From Dehalococcoidia bacterium (GTDB taxonomy: Bacteria > Chloroflexota > Dehalococcoidia > Bin125), in the NCBI GenBank assembly GCA_963662615.2, contig CAXXSR010000001.1, positions 1,248,001 through 1,312,000 of the forward strand: a stretch of 64,000 nucleotides of DNA. The letters are read 5' to 3'. Position numbers and translations under genes: made by a program. Of this stretch, positions 8,886 to 19,043 are shown one piece after another. The notes beneath the pieces were generated by a model. It saw only the letters and a program-made list of their open reading frames with translations, did not search any database and had not been told where the DNA came from. How positions within the stretch are numbered: the stretch's first letter is position 1; every line of letters begins with the position of its first letter.

Positions 8886-11648
8886 CTAGAGCAGGCTGAC
8901 GGGATCGATGTCGACCGTCCAGCCGCGGCCGAAGTCCACCGGGCGCAGCAGCGGCAAGGGATCCGCGCCGCGGAGCGTGATCTGCCAGCGATAGAGGCCG
9001 CGCCGTCGCGCGAGAAAGGCGGGCGTTGGGCCCAGGACCTCGGGGCCCAGCAGCCCCCGCCGGTCCCGATCCTCAAGCAGCGACGCCGCCATGTTGGCAG
9101 CCACGTCCCGCGCCCGGGCGGGCTTGCGATCGGCGTATACCAGCCGCGCCAGCCGTCCCAGCGGCGGATAGTCGTGGCGAGATCGCGCAGCGACCTCAGC
9201 CGCGTAGAACGCCTCGTAATCGTGCCCGGCAGCCGCCCTGATGGCGTAGTGCTCGGGTGCGTAGGTCTGCACCACCACCCGCCCGCCCTGCGGGCCGCGC
9301 CCCGCCCGGCCGGTGACCTGCGTGATCAGCTGGAAGGTCCGCTCCGGGCCGGTGTAATCCGGGAGGCGCAAGGATAGGTCCGCGTTGACCACGCCTACGA
9401 CCGTCACCGCCGGCAGATCGAGCCCCTTCGCGATCATCTGCGTCCCCACGAGGACGTTGGCGTCGCCGCGGATGAACTGCTCCAGCACCCGCCGGTGGCC
9501 GTCCTTGCCCGCCACGGTGTCGCGGTCCCAGCGCAGCGGCCGAGCCCGCGGAAACGTCTTGGCCACCTCTTCCTCCACCCGCTGCGTGCCAATGCCCATG
9601 GGCCGCACGCGGTCGCTGCCGCAGTGTGGACAGCGGCCCTCCGGCTGCGCCGTGCGGCCGCATTCGTGGCATCGCAAGATATCGCCCACACCCGGCGGCC
9701 CCGGCGCCAGACCCGGCAGCGCCCTGTGGTAGGTGAAGGGGATGGAACAGCGATCGCACCCGCGCGCCTCACCGCACGTGCGACAGACGAACGTCGCCAC
9801 GCCACGACGGTTGAGGAACAGGATCACCTGCTCATCGCGCTCCAGCGCCGTCGTCATCGCCGCCGCCAGCGGCTCGCTGAAGATCGAACGGTTTCCCCGC
9901 ACGAGCTCCTCACGCATGTCGACGATCTCGACACTCGGGAGGGCGGCCGTCTCCAACGGCGATGCCGGATCGGCGGGGTCGGTGCGACGGACGCGCTCGG
10001 GCAGCTCCAGGTAGCGATACTGCCCCGCCCTGGCCCGCGTCGCCGTGACCACGTCGGGGGTCGCGGAGCCCAAGACCGCCACCGCCCCGGTGAGGCGACA
10101 GTATTCCTCCACCACCTCCCGGACGCGATAGCGGGGCGCCGGATCGGTCTGCTTATACGTCCATTCGTGCTCCTCATCGACGATTATCAGAGCCAGATGC
10201 AACCCCCTCTCAGCGCCGCCGCCCGACCCCGGCAGCGGGTGGGGCGCGAAGAGCGCTGAGCGCGACCCGATCACGACGTCCGCGTCGCCGCTGCGAACGC
10301 GCTCCCATTGGTCGTGCAGCTCGCCCGCAGAGAGGCCCGAGTGCAGCACGGCGACGCGGCCGGGCAGACGAGCCAGGAAGCGGTCCACTGTCTGAGGCGT
10401 CAGGGCGATCTCCGGGACAAGAACGATCGCCCACCCGCCTTGATCACGAGCGTGCTCCACCGCCGCGAGATACACTTCGGTCTTGCCGCTTCCGGTGACG
10501 CCGTGCAGAAGAAAGATCGGGCCCTCCTTGCGGTGCTGCGGCCGCGTCTCCACGGCGCGGTCCAGCGCCTCGGCGATGGCTTCATAGGCCCGGCCCTGAT
10601 CCTCAGTGAGCGCCGGTGCCGCGACGATCGGGACGGCCCGCCCCGCCAGGGGATCGCGCGCCACGACGCGCGTCTGGCGCCGGACCAGGCCGTCGGCGAT
10701 CAGCGCGTCGACATCAGCGCCCGTGGCGTTGGCCTCCTGCCGCGCGGGCGCATCCGCGCGCGGCCCGGGAAGCAGCGCTTCCAGCAGCGCCACTTGGCGG
10801 CGCTCCGGGCCCGTCCGTCGCAGGCTCGCAATGGCGCTATCGACGGCGGCCGGGTCAACCGCGAGCCGCACGCAGTCGCCGTCGGGGACCATCAGGCGGC
10901 CCTGGCGCAGCCAGCGCTCCAGCGAGTCCCGCGCCCCGGCAAGGCGGCGGGCCTCATCACGGGGCGCCGCACCCACCTGCAAGCGCTCCAGCAGGTCGGC
11001 CTGGCGGGAGCGGCGGGAACGCGGCCAGGCGGCGATGGCGGCGCGGGCCGTTCCCTCCTCGATCGCCAGCGAGAGCAGCGTCTCCGTCTTCGGGCCCACG
11101 GTCGGCCGGCTCAGAGCGTAGCGCTCTTCCACCAGCCCTTTTTTGACGAGGCTCCGAACGGTGGGAGCAATGGCGCCGTCCTTGAGGGCCGCCTGCAGCG
11201 CGTCGGCCTCCACGGAGCGCCGCGCCGTGATGGCGTCCAGCACCGTGCGCTCCCGTTCGCTCAGATGTTGTAGCGCGGAGGCATCACTCAGTGGGGCCGG
11301 GCGCAGCAGCCGCTCGGGCTTCCGCTCGAAACCGGGGGGCAAGAACAGTGCCGCGGCAGCAAACGCCGGCGCCAGGTAGGCGTCGCCAATCCAGCGCACC
11401 AGCGCAGTCTGCTCAGGCCCCAGGAGCCGCTCTTCGCCAAGGAGTGCGAGGATCGGGCGCGGCGCGGCGACGGCCGGGCTCTCCGTCAGCGCCAGCACGA
11501 TGCCCTGGAGCACCTGCCTGCCGAACGGCACGAAGACGCCGTCGCCCACCCGCACAGCCAAGAGGGGCGGGATCGCGTAGGTGAACGTGCCGCGCTGAGG
11601 CCGGCCCGAGTTCACCGCAACTTCGACATACCGCGGAGCCGCCGGCAT
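8886..11648 (-). CDS. priA: Primosomal protein N' (replication restart helicase)
   Basis: GVTGSGKTEVY, VPEIALTPQ, DEEHE, LNRRG, four CxxC pairs, GTQMIAKGLD. Start at MPAAPRYVEVAV after a GGGAG SD. Confidence 0.96.
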   Translation of the reverse strand: MPAAPRYVEVAVNSGRPQRGTFTYAIPPLLAVRVGDGVFVPFGRQVLQGIVLALTESPAVAAPRPILALLGEERLLGPEQTALVRWIGDAYLAPAFAAAALFLPPGFERKPERLLRPAPLSDASALQHLSERERTVLDAITARRSVEADALQAALKDGAIAPTVRSLVKKGLVEERYALSRPTVGPKTETLLSLAIEEGTARAAIAAWPRSRRSRQADLLERLQVGAAPRDEARRLAGARDSLERWLRQGRLMVPDGDCVRLAVDPAAVDSAIASLRRTGPERRQVALLEALLPGPRADAPARQEANATGADVDALIADGLVRRQTRVVARDPLAGRAVPIVAAPALTEDQGRAYEAIAEALDRAVETRPQHRKEGPIFLLHGVTGSGKTEVYLAAVEHARDQGGWAIVLVPEIALTPQTVDRFLARLPGRVAVLHSGLSAGELHDQWERVRSGDADVVIGSRSALFAPHPLPGSGGGAERGLHLALIIVDEEHEWTYKQTDPAPRYRVREVVEEYCRLTGAVAVLGSATPDVVTATRARAGQYRYLELPERVRRTDPADPASPLETAALPSVEIVDMREELVRGNRSIFSEPLAAAMTTALERDEQVILFLNRRGVATFVCRTCGEARGCDRCSIPFTYHRALPGLAPGPPGVGDILRCHECGRTAQPEGRCPHCGSDRVRPMGIGTQRVEEEVAKTFPRARPLRWDRDTVAGKDGHRRVLEQFIRGDANVLVGTQMIAKGLDLPAVTVVGVVNADLSLRLPDYTGPERTFQLITQVTGRAGRGPQGGRVVVQTYAPEHYAIRAAAGHDYEAFYAAEVAARSRHDYPPLGRLARLVYADRKPARARDVAANMAASLLEDRDRRGLLGPEVLGPTPAFLARRRGLYRWQITLRGADPLPLLRPVDFGRGWTVDIDPVSLL

Positions 11649-11666
11649 GTCACCACTCCCTCTCGC

Positions 11667-11704
11667 CACGCCCCGCGACACACGCCCCGCGACGCACGCC
11701 CCGG
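11667..11704. repeat. 14-bp tandem repeat (about 2.7 copies) in priA leader
   Basis: cacgccccgcgaca / cacgccccgcgacg / cacgccccgg. Confidence 0.75.
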
Positions 11705-11830
11705 CCGCGCTTCCGCTTTGGCTTGAGTGTACGGAGATCCCGCCGGCCCCCAGACGGTGCGCGACAGAAGGAGGAGAGGCGCCGCGGTTCAGCGGCATTC
11801 GCCTCGCGTAGTCAAGACAGGAATCCCGCG

Positions 11831-12199
11831 TTAGAAGCCGTGAATCGCGCGCTTCGAGTTGCGCGGGCGCTCGGGAATGCGAGCGGCCCGCCCGGTGCGC
11901 CCGCGCAGGTAATAGAGCCGAGCCCGTCGCGTCCGCCCCCGGCGGCGTACTTCGACCTTTTCCACGCGCGGCGAATGCACGAGAAACGTGCGCTCCACAC
12001 CAACGCCCTGGCTGACACGGCGGACAGTGAAATTGCTGGAGCTGCCCTTGCGCTTCAGCCGGATCACCACCCCCTCAAACTGCTGCGTCCGCTCCCGCTC
12101 GCCCTCTACCACCTTGGCGTACACGCGCACCGTGTCGCCCGGCTGGAAGTCGACGATCTCGGGATTGCGCTCTAGCTCGAGTAGGTCGCTGCGGTCCAT
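11831..12199 (-). CDS. rplS: 50S ribosomal protein L19
   Basis: [41 protein letters not shown]. Confidence 0.97.
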   Translation of the reverse strand: MDRSDLLELERNPEIVDFQPGDTVRVYAKVVEGERERTQQFEGVVIRLKRKGSSSNFTVRRVSQGVGVERTFLVHSPRVEKVEVRRRGRTRRARLYYLRGRTGRAARIPERPRNSKRAIHGF

Positions 12200-12334
12200 C
12201 CCTCTGCCCTTCGCGATTGCGAGCCGGAGCCGGCGCCGCGCGGGCCCCTCGCGGGCGCCTGCGTCCATTCTACGGAGTCCGGCGACGAAGGCGCGAGCCT
12301 CTCCAGCAAACGCGATCGCGTCGCGGTGCGGGGA

Positions 12335-13066
12335 TCAGCCCTCCGCTGAGGCGGGGAGCCAGCGCCGCCGCTCCTGCGGCGTGAGATCGGCTTTCTCCAG
12401 GAGGTCCGGGCGCCGCGCGGCCGTGCGATCAAGTTGCTGCTCTCGCCGCCACTTCGCGATGGCGCCGTGATTGCCGCCGAGGAGCACGTCGGGCACCCGC
12501 CAGCCGCGGAAGTCGGGCGGCCGCGTGTAGTGGGGATACTCCAGCAAGCCGCCTTCATGCGACTCCTCCGCCAGCGACTCCGCCGCGCCTAACGCACCCG
12601 GGAGCAGCCGCACGATCGCCTCAACGAGCACCATCGCCGCGACCTCGCCGCCGCTCAAGACGTAATCACCGATTGAGATCTCGTCGTCCACCAGGTGCTC
12701 GCGAACCCGCTCATCGACGCCCTCGTAGCGACCGCAGAGGAGGATCAGCCGCTCTTCCGCGGCCAGCTCTCGGGTCACGTTCCGGGTCAGGACGCGCCCC
12801 TGGGGAGTAAGCAGGGTCGCGCGGCCGGGGGGCGCGTCGGCCCGCAGCGCTTCCAGCGCCCGGAACCACGGCTCGGGCTGCATCACCATGCCGGCGCCAC
12901 CGCCGTATGGCGCATCGTCCACGCTGCGGTGCTTGTCGTCGGTCCACTCCCGCAGGTCGTACGCCGCCAACGTGACGAGACCGGCCTCCTGCGCCCGCCG
13001 CGCGATGCCGACCTGGAACAGGCCGGCAAAGATCTCGGGAAAGATCGTGAGGATGTCTATTCGCAC
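12335..13066 (-). CDS. trmD: tRNA (guanine37-N1)-methyltransferase
   Basis: [44 protein letters not shown]. Confidence 0.98.
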   Translation of the reverse strand: MRIDILTIFPEIFAGLFQVGIARRAQEAGLVTLAAYDLREWTDDKHRSVDDAPYGGGAGMVMQPEPWFRALEALRADAPPGRATLLTPQGRVLTRNVTRELAAEERLILLCGRYEGVDERVREHLVDDEISIGDYVLSGGEVAAMVLVEAIVRLLPGALGAAESLAEESHEGGLLEYPHYTRPPDFRGWRVPDVLLGGNHGAIAKWRREQQLDRTAARRPDLLEKADLTPQERRRWLPASAEG

Positions 13067-13109
13067 GTGCGTAGCCTACGGCGGCAAGCGCGAGGCGCGG
13101 CCGCAACAC

Positions 13110-13613
13110 TTAGCCATCGTCAGGGTGCTGCGCTGTCTCCCCGTGGATCATTTCCAGGGCGTGCGGCAAGACGGGCAAGATGGCCTCCAGATTTTCCCGC
13201 ACCGCCTTCTCCGAGCCGGGAAGATTGATGATGAGCGTGCGCCGCGCGACGCCAACCAGGCCGCGACTGAGCGCGGCGAGGCGCGTCCGCTCAAGCCCGT
13301 GCAGCCGCATCAGCTCCGCCAGGCCCGGCGCCTCCCGCTCGATCACCGGGCGCGTCGCCTCCGGCGTGTGGTCGCGGGGCCCCAGGCCCGTACCACCTGT
13401 CGTGACGATCACGTTTATCTCGCCGGCATCAACCCAATTGCGGAGCGTCGCGGTGATGCGCTCGGGCTCATCTGGGATGATCGCTTTTGTCACGATCTCG
13501 GGAGCAAGCGGCCCCAGCACGTCCGCAATCGCCGGGCCCGCGGTGTCTTCCATCGCGCCCTGACTCGCCCGATCGCTGACCGTCAGGATGCCAAGCTTTA
13601 GCCGCGTGGCCAT
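13110..13613 (-). CDS. mog: Molybdopterin adenylyltransferase (MogA/MoaB family)
   Basis: ILTVSDR, TTGGTGLGPRDHTPEAT, LSRG, NLPGS. Confidence 0.93.
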   Translation of the reverse strand: MATRLKLGILTVSDRASQGAMEDTAGPAIADVLGPLAPEIVTKAIIPDEPERITATLRNWVDAGEINVIVTTGGTGLGPRDHTPEATRPVIEREAPGLAELMRLHGLERTRLAALSRGLVGVARRTLIINLPGSEKAVRENLEAILPVLPHALEMIHGETAQHPDDG

Positions 13614-13709
13614 CTGGATTCGCCCCTGCCCGCGGAGAGCGGCGACCACCCGCGCCGAGGGCGACGCGGCGAGTCAGAATCTTTTTCAAAAAAAGTCTTG
13701 ACGAGTCGG

Positions 13710-13773
13710 TTGACACTGATGGGGACTGGTGGCATGATTGGGTCCGATATGGGGAGAAGTGGGGAACGAGGGG
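13710..13773 (+). promoter_or_regulatory. dcw promoter with MraZ-type direct repeats
   Basis: TTGACA (13710-13715), 17 nt, CATGAT (13733-13738). TGG(G)-type repeats at about 10-bp period (13720, 13730, 13739, 13750, 13760, 13769), matching the known MraZ operator architecture. Confidence 0.8.
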
Positions 13774-13847
13774 TCGGCGCCTCCCGCTGAGGAAACGGAG
13801 TCCTCTCTCCCTGAAAGGCGACCAGAAACGGATGCTGCAGGCTCACA

Positions 13848-14282
13848 ATGGCCTTCCGGGGCACGTTCGACCATTCCCTCGACGATCGGGGGCGCCTCGC
13901 CGTCCCGGCTCGCTACCGCGACGCCTTCACGGCCGGCGGAGTGCTCGCGCCCAGTCCCGATGGCTGTCTGGAACTGTATCCGGTGGAGGAGTTCGAGAAC
14001 ACCGCCAACCAGTTGACGGCGGCGGGCGCCAATCTCCAACGGGGCCGACGCCTCCGCCGTGGCCTCTACGCCCGCTCGTGGGAGGTGGACCTGGACCGGC
14101 AGGGGCGCATCCTGATCCCGCAACCGCTGCGGGAGGGGGCGAATCTCGCCGGCTCCGTGGTCCTGGCGGGCCGGCGCGAGTGCCTGGAGATCTGGAGCCG
14201 GGAGCGCTGGCAGCAGGAGCTCGGCATCGTCGAGCGGGAGTACGCAACAAACCTGGAAGCGCAGGAGCTTCAGTGGCAATGA
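13848..14282 (+). CDS. mraZ: Division/cell wall cluster transcriptional repressor MraZ
   Basis: FRGTFDHSLDDRGRL and DRQGRILIP repeats; first gene of the dcw cluster. Confidence 0.96.
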   Translation: MAFRGTFDHSLDDRGRLAVPARYRDAFTAGGVLAPSPDGCLELYPVEEFENTANQLTAAGANLQRGRRLRRGLYARSWEVDLDRQGRILIPQPLREGANLAGSVVLAGRRECLEIWSRERWQQELGIVEREYATNLEAQELQWQ

Positions 14283-15178
14283 GCACGACCCCGTCGCACG
14301 AACCGGTCATGGTGGCCGAAGTCCTCGACTACCTCCAAGTCCGGCCGGGCGGTCGCTACATTGACTGCACCGTGGGCGCGGGCGGACACACCGCCGCGAT
14401 TCTGGCGGCGTCGGAGCCGGACGGGCGCGTCCTGGGCCTTGACGCCGACCCGGAGGCCATCGCAGAAGCCGAACACCGCCTCGCGCACGTTCCGGACCGC
14501 GTCACGCTGGTCCGCAGCTATTACGATCGCGTCGCGGACGAGGCGCACGCGGCCTCCATGGTCCCCGCCCACGGTCTCCTCTGCGATCTGGGCATCTCCA
14601 GCTTGCAGTTGGAGCGCCCCCAGCGCGGCTTCTCGTTCCGTGAGGCCGGGCCGCTGGACATGCGCTTCGGGCCGGACGCGGGGATGACCGCGGCCGACAT
14701 TGTCAACCGTTATTCCGAGCAGGACCTTGCACGGGTCCTGTACGAGCAGGGTGAGGAGCGGCGCTCGCGTCGCATCGCCCGTCGAATCGTGGAGCGTCGG
14801 CCGCTGACCTCCACGCGTGATCTCGCCAAAGCCGTCGAGCAGGTCGTGGGGAGGGGCCGTCAACCCAGTGTTAGTAGAGTTCACCCCGCCACCAAAACCT
14901 TCTTGGCCCTTCGCATGGAAGTGAATCAGGAGCTTCGGCGCCTGCGCAGCCTCCTTGCCCTGGCCCACGACCTGCTCGGCTTTGGATCTCGCCTGGTCAT
15001 CATTTCCTTCCACTCGCTTGAGGACCGCATTGTCAAGCAATTCCTGCGGGAGGCCGCAGGCGCGACACCGCCCACATTTCGAAGCCTCACGCGTCACGTC
15101 GTCCGGCCCAGTGCGGACGAAGTGGCGCGCAATCACCGCAGCCGCAGTGCCCGCCTCCGCGCAGCCGAGGCGATCTAG
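14279..15178 (+). CDS. rsmH: 16S rRNA (C1402-N4)-methyltransferase
   Basis: HEPVM, DCTVGAGGH, DLGISSLQL, PLDMR, ISFHSLEDRIVK, RSRSARLR. Confidence 0.97.
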   Translation: MSTTPSHEPVMVAEVLDYLQVRPGGRYIDCTVGAGGHTAAILAASEPDGRVLGLDADPEAIAEAEHRLAHVPDRVTLVRSYYDRVADEAHAASMVPAHGLLCDLGISSLQLERPQRGFSFREAGPLDMRFGPDAGMTAADIVNRYSEQDLARVLYEQGEERRSRRIARRIVERRPLTSTRDLAKAVEQVVGRGRQPSVSRVHPATKTFLALRMEVNQELRRLRSLLALAHDLLGFGSRLVIISFHSLEDRIVKQFLREAAGATPPTFRSLTRHVVRPSADEVARNHRSRSARLRAAEAI

Positions 15179-15627
15179 TGACGTCCCGGTCGCTGGCCCT
15201 GCCGGCGCCCCTGGTGCGGCGGGCCGGGGGACGAGTCCGCCCTGTCCAGCGGACGCGGCTTCCCCTCTGGATCTGGGTCGGCCTGGTGGGCCTCACCATC
15301 GCCGCCCTGATGCCGGTGCTCCAGTCCAGTGATGCTGCCGCGACGGGCGCTACCCTCGCCGCGCTCGAGCGCGAGCGGGCGGGCTTACAAGCGGACGTGC
15401 GGCTGCTGGCATCCCAGGTCGGCGAGCTGACCGCGCTCTCACGGATTGAAAAGGTGGCCGGCGAGCGGCTGGGGTTGACCCCCGCCCGCCCCACCACGGT
15501 CCTGGCGGTGGACCAGCCACCGCCCGACCGCCTGCTGCCGGCCCGTTTTCTCCCGCGGCGACAGGCGGCCTTGGAACTGCAGCCACCTTGGTGGCAGCAA
15601 GTGCTAGACGTCCTGATCGTCCGCTGA
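15178..15627 (+). CDS. ftsL: Cell division protein FtsL-like
   Basis: Single TM, coiled coil, RIEKVAGERLGL; located between rsmH and ftsI. Confidence 0.75.
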   Translation: MTSRSLALPAPLVRRAGGRVRPVQRTRLPLWIWVGLVGLTIAALMPVLQSSDAAATGATLAALERERAGLQADVRLLASQVGELTALSRIEKVAGERLGLTPARPTTVLAVDQPPPDRLLPARFLPRRQAALELQPPWWQQVLDVLIVR

Positions 15628-15681
15628 GCGCGCCGCCGGCGTGGGCCGGGCGAACTGTGCGGACGTGCAGAACGAGGAGCC

Positions 15682-17679
15682 ATGATCCGGGCCGGCCTGA
15701 GCCCCTGGCGCATGCGCGTAATCACGATAGTGCTCGTGGCCTTCGGCACCCTCCTCATCCTGCGGCTGGTGCAGGTCCAGATCTTGGAGCATCCCCGCTT
15801 CGAGCAGGAAGCCCGCGACATCCATTTTTGGACCCAGGAGATCCGCGGCCCTCGCGGCGCGATCCTCGACCGCAACGGCTTCCCTCTCGTCACCGGCATC
15901 GACACCTTCGAGATCCACGTCGATCGCGACGCCTGGGAACTAGAAGGCGGCAACGAGCGTCTCGCCGTAGAGAAGCTCTCGCACCGCCTGGGCGCCTCGC
16001 AAGAGCAGATCCGGGCGATCGTCGACTCCGGCGGCGGTCGCGACGTCCTGCTGGCGCTGAACGTCCCGTACGGCCTGGGCGAGGCCATCATCGCGGAGGG
16101 CCTGCCAGGCGTGAAGGTGACTTCCGCAAGCCTAAGACGCTATGGCGAAGGCGCCTTGGCCAGCCAGATTCTCGGCTTTGTGGGCCGGGACAACGTGGGC
16201 CTGGCCGGCGTGGAGTTCAACTTCGACTCCGTCCTCAGTGGGAAGCCCGGCCGCCTCGTCTACGAACGCGACAGTCTGGGCAACCCCATCCCCTTCGGCG
16301 CGCGGGGGATGGAGCCCGTGCAGCCGGGCGCCGACCTCGTCCTCACCATCGATCGCACGCTGCAGCGTATCGCGGAGGAGCACCTCGCCGCCGCCCTGGA
16401 GAAGACCGGCGCTCGCGGCGGCGCCATCCTGATGATGGAGCCGCACACAGGCGACATTCTCGCCATCGCCTCCTCTCCCTCGTTTGACGTCACGAACCCG
16501 AACCTGGGCGATCCGGCCCTGGACCTCTCCCTCTTCCGCAATCGCACCGTCACGGACGTGTATGAACCCGGATCGGTGTTCAAGGTCGTGACGATGGCAG
16601 CCGCCATCGACGCTGGCGTGGTCACACCGGACACCACCTTCGTGGACACCGGCGCCATCGTCGTCGGCGCCAGCACCATCCGAAATTTCGACCTCTCCTT
16701 CCACGGCCGCCAGACCATGACGCAGGTCCTGCAACGATCGCTGAACACGGGCGCCGCCTGGGTCACGCAGCAGTTAGGCGCCGATCTCTTCTACTGGTAT
16801 CTGCGGCAGTTCGGCTTCAACAAGTCAACCAACTCCGGCTTCGCCGGGGAGGCGAGCGGGATCGTCAAAGAGCCCGGGAACCTGTTCTGGTCGCCGGTGG
16901 ACCTGGCGACGAACTCCTATGGCCAGGGGATCTCTGTGACCCCTCTCCAAATCGTGCGGGCCATGGCGGTGATCGCGAACGGCGGCGACCTGGTCCGGCC
17001 ACGCATCGTCCGGGCGGTGATCACGCAAGAGGGGGTCCGGGCGGTGCCCACGGTGATCGAGGGCCGGGCTATCCGCGAGGACACTGCCGCGCAGCTGCGT
17101 GTGATGATGCAGGCTGTCGTGGACGGCGTGGCCGGGCATCCCGCCCAGACGCCCGGCTGGCCGGTGGCCGGCAAATCCGGCACGTCCGATGTGGCGGAGG
17201 ACGGCGCGTACCTGGAAGGGGAGTCGATCGCCTCCTTCACGGGCTTCGCCCCCGCCGACGATCCTCGCGTGGTCGTCCTGGTGAAGCTGGACCGGCCACA
17301 GGGCGAGATCTTCGGTGGAATTATCGCCGCGCCGGTCTTCTCCGCCGTGCTCCGTGACGCGCTCCCCTACTTGGGCGTGCCGCCGTCGGCGTATGTGGCG
17401 GAGCCGAGCCTGTTCGAGCCCGTCCCGGAAGAGACCGGGAGCGCCGACGACGCGGCCGCGCCCACCGACGCGGCGGGCGCGGCGCCGGACGCCGATGCCG
17501 GTGAGGCCGACGCCGGGGAGGCGGACGCCGCCGTCGAACCGGTCGCCGAGAGCGAAGCCGCCGGCACGCCCATCGACGCCCTCGAAGACGCCCCCGCTCT
17601 CGATCTCCAGCTCGCCGAGCCGATCGACGCCGCAACTGTGGAGGACACGGCGCCGATCGAGAGTGCAGGGACTCAATGA
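15682..17679 (+). CDS. ftsI: Class B penicillin-binding protein (FtsI/PBP3) with acidic C-tail
   Basis: RGAILDRNG, YEPGSVFK (SxxK), SLN (SxN), GKSGT (KTG-like). Confidence 0.95.
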   Translation: MIRAGLSPWRMRVITIVLVAFGTLLILRLVQVQILEHPRFEQEARDIHFWTQEIRGPRGAILDRNGFPLVTGIDTFEIHVDRDAWELEGGNERLAVEKLSHRLGASQEQIRAIVDSGGGRDVLLALNVPYGLGEAIIAEGLPGVKVTSASLRRYGEGALASQILGFVGRDNVGLAGVEFNFDSVLSGKPGRLVYERDSLGNPIPFGARGMEPVQPGADLVLTIDRTLQRIAEEHLAAALEKTGARGGAILMMEPHTGDILAIASSPSFDVTNPNLGDPALDLSLFRNRTVTDVYEPGSVFKVVTMAAAIDAGVVTPDTTFVDTGAIVVGASTIRNFDLSFHGRQTMTQVLQRSLNTGAAWVTQQLGADLFYWYLRQFGFNKSTNSGFAGEASGIVKEPGNLFWSPVDLATNSYGQGISVTPLQIVRAMAVIANGGDLVRPRIVRAVITQEGVRAVPTVIEGRAIREDTAAQLRVMMQAVVDGVAGHPAQTPGWPVAGKSGTSDVAEDGAYLEGESIASFTGFAPADDPRVVVLVKLDRPQGEIFGGIIAAPVFSAVLRDALPYLGVPPSAYVAEPSLFEPVPEETGSADDAAAPTDAAGAAPDADAGEADAGEADAAVEPVAESEAAGTPIDALEDAPALDLQLAEPIDAATVEDTAPIESAGTQ

Positions 17680-19043
17680 TCAGCCCGCGCGCCCTGGCAC
17701 TGGCGCTCAACGGTCTCCTCAAGAATCCGTGCGCCGATCTCTCCGCCGCGCCCTACAACGACATCGTCATGGACTCCCGCAAGGTCAAGCCTGGCGACCT
17801 GTTCGTGGCCCTGCGCGGCGAACACACCGACGGGCACAAGTTCCTGGACGACGCCGTCCAGCGCGGTGCCACCGGGCTGCTGACGCGCGCCGCCCCCCCG
17901 ACCTTGCCTGCGTCCGTCACGGCCTTCCTGGTGTACGACACCTTGCAGGCCCTGCAAGAGGCCGCCAGGCAATGGCGTGCGACCCTTCCTGCCAAGGTCG
18001 TGGGGATCACCGGCAGCGTGGGCAAGACAACCGTGCGCGAGGCCCTCAGCCAGGTGCTCCGCCGTCGCTATGCCACCTTTGAAAGTCCACGCAACTTCAA
18101 CAGTGAGATCGGCCTGCCGCTGGCGCTGCTGGGCTTGAGTCCCCAGCATGAATGGGCCGTCGTGGAACTCGGTCCCTACGACCTCCAGGAGATGCAGCTG
18201 CTCTGCGACATCGCCCGGCCGGATGTCGGTGTCGTCACCAACGTCGGGCCCACACATCTGGAGCGGTACGGATCGCTGGACGCCATTGAAGAGGCGAAGG
18301 GCACGTTGCCCGCGTCGCTGGGGCCAAACGGGCTCGCCGTGCTCAATGCCGACGACGAGCGGACGCTGCGTATGCGCCGCCGTACCCAGGCGCGGGTGCT
18401 CACGTTCGGGCTGGGCCGGGACGCGGACGTGCGCGCCGACGACGTGCAGGCACACGGCCTGGACGGACTGACCTTCACCCTCCACGTGCACAAAGAGGCC
18501 GTCGCCGTGCGCACGCCGCTCGCCGGCGCGCACCACGTGATCACCGCGCTGGCGGCGGCGACCGTCGCAGCGGGCGCCGGCTTCAACGCCACCGAGATCG
18601 CGGAGGCGCTGGCGACGCTCCGTGCGGGGAGTCGGCTGAAGCCGCGCCGCTCCTTCTCCGGCGCCCTCATCTTGGACGACACCTATAACGCCGCGCCCGT
18701 CTCCATGAAGGCCGCGCTCGATTTCCTGGCGCAGATCCCAGGGCGCCGCGTCGCCGTGCTGGGCGACATGCTGGAGCTGGGTAGCGAGGAAGAGGCCGGT
18801 CACCGCGAGGTGGGCGCCTACGCCGTGGGCCGTTGCGACCGCATCGTCGCCGTGGGCGAGCGGGCGCGCACCATCGCCAACGGCGCCTGGGACGCCGGCC
18901 ACACCCAAATTCAGTGGTTCCAGGACAAGGAGAGCGCCACCGCCACTCTGCTTCAGGAGGTCGGCGCGGACGATGTCGTCCTCATCAAAGCATCGCACGG
19001 TCTCGCCTTGGAGACGGTGGTGGAAGCGCTGGTGAATCCATGA
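17676..19043 (+). CDS. murF: UDP-MurNAc-tripeptide:D-Ala-D-Ala ligase
   Basis: DSRKV, ITGSVGKTT, NFNSEIGLP, DDTYNA, LGDMLELG, KASHG. Confidence 0.96.
   Translation: MISPRALALALNGLLKNPCADLSAAPYNDIVMDSRKVKPGDLFVALRGEHTDGHKFLDDAVQRGATGLLTRAAPPTLPASVTAFLVYDTLQALQEAARQWRATLPAKVVGITGSVGKTTVREALSQVLRRRYATFESPRNFNSEIGLPLALLGLSPQHEWAVVELGPYDLQEMQLLCDIARPDVGVVTNVGPTHLERYGSLDAIEEAKGTLPASLGPNGLAVLNADDERTLRMRRRTQARVLTFGLGRDADVRADDVQAHGLDGLTFTLHVHKEAVAVRTPLAGAHHVITALAAATVAAGAGFNATEIAEALATLRAGSRLKPRRSFSGALILDDTYNAAPVSMKAALDFLAQIPGRRVAVLGDMLELGSEEEAGHREVGAYAVGRCDRIVAVGERARTIANGAWDAGHTQIQWFQDKESATATLLQEVGADDVVLIKASHGLALETVVEALVNP

Noticed and set aside
11705-11830. Possible ncRNA (for example 6S) between rplS and priA
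   Set aside because: No recognisable family motif; a TACACT -10-like element for priA explains part of the region.
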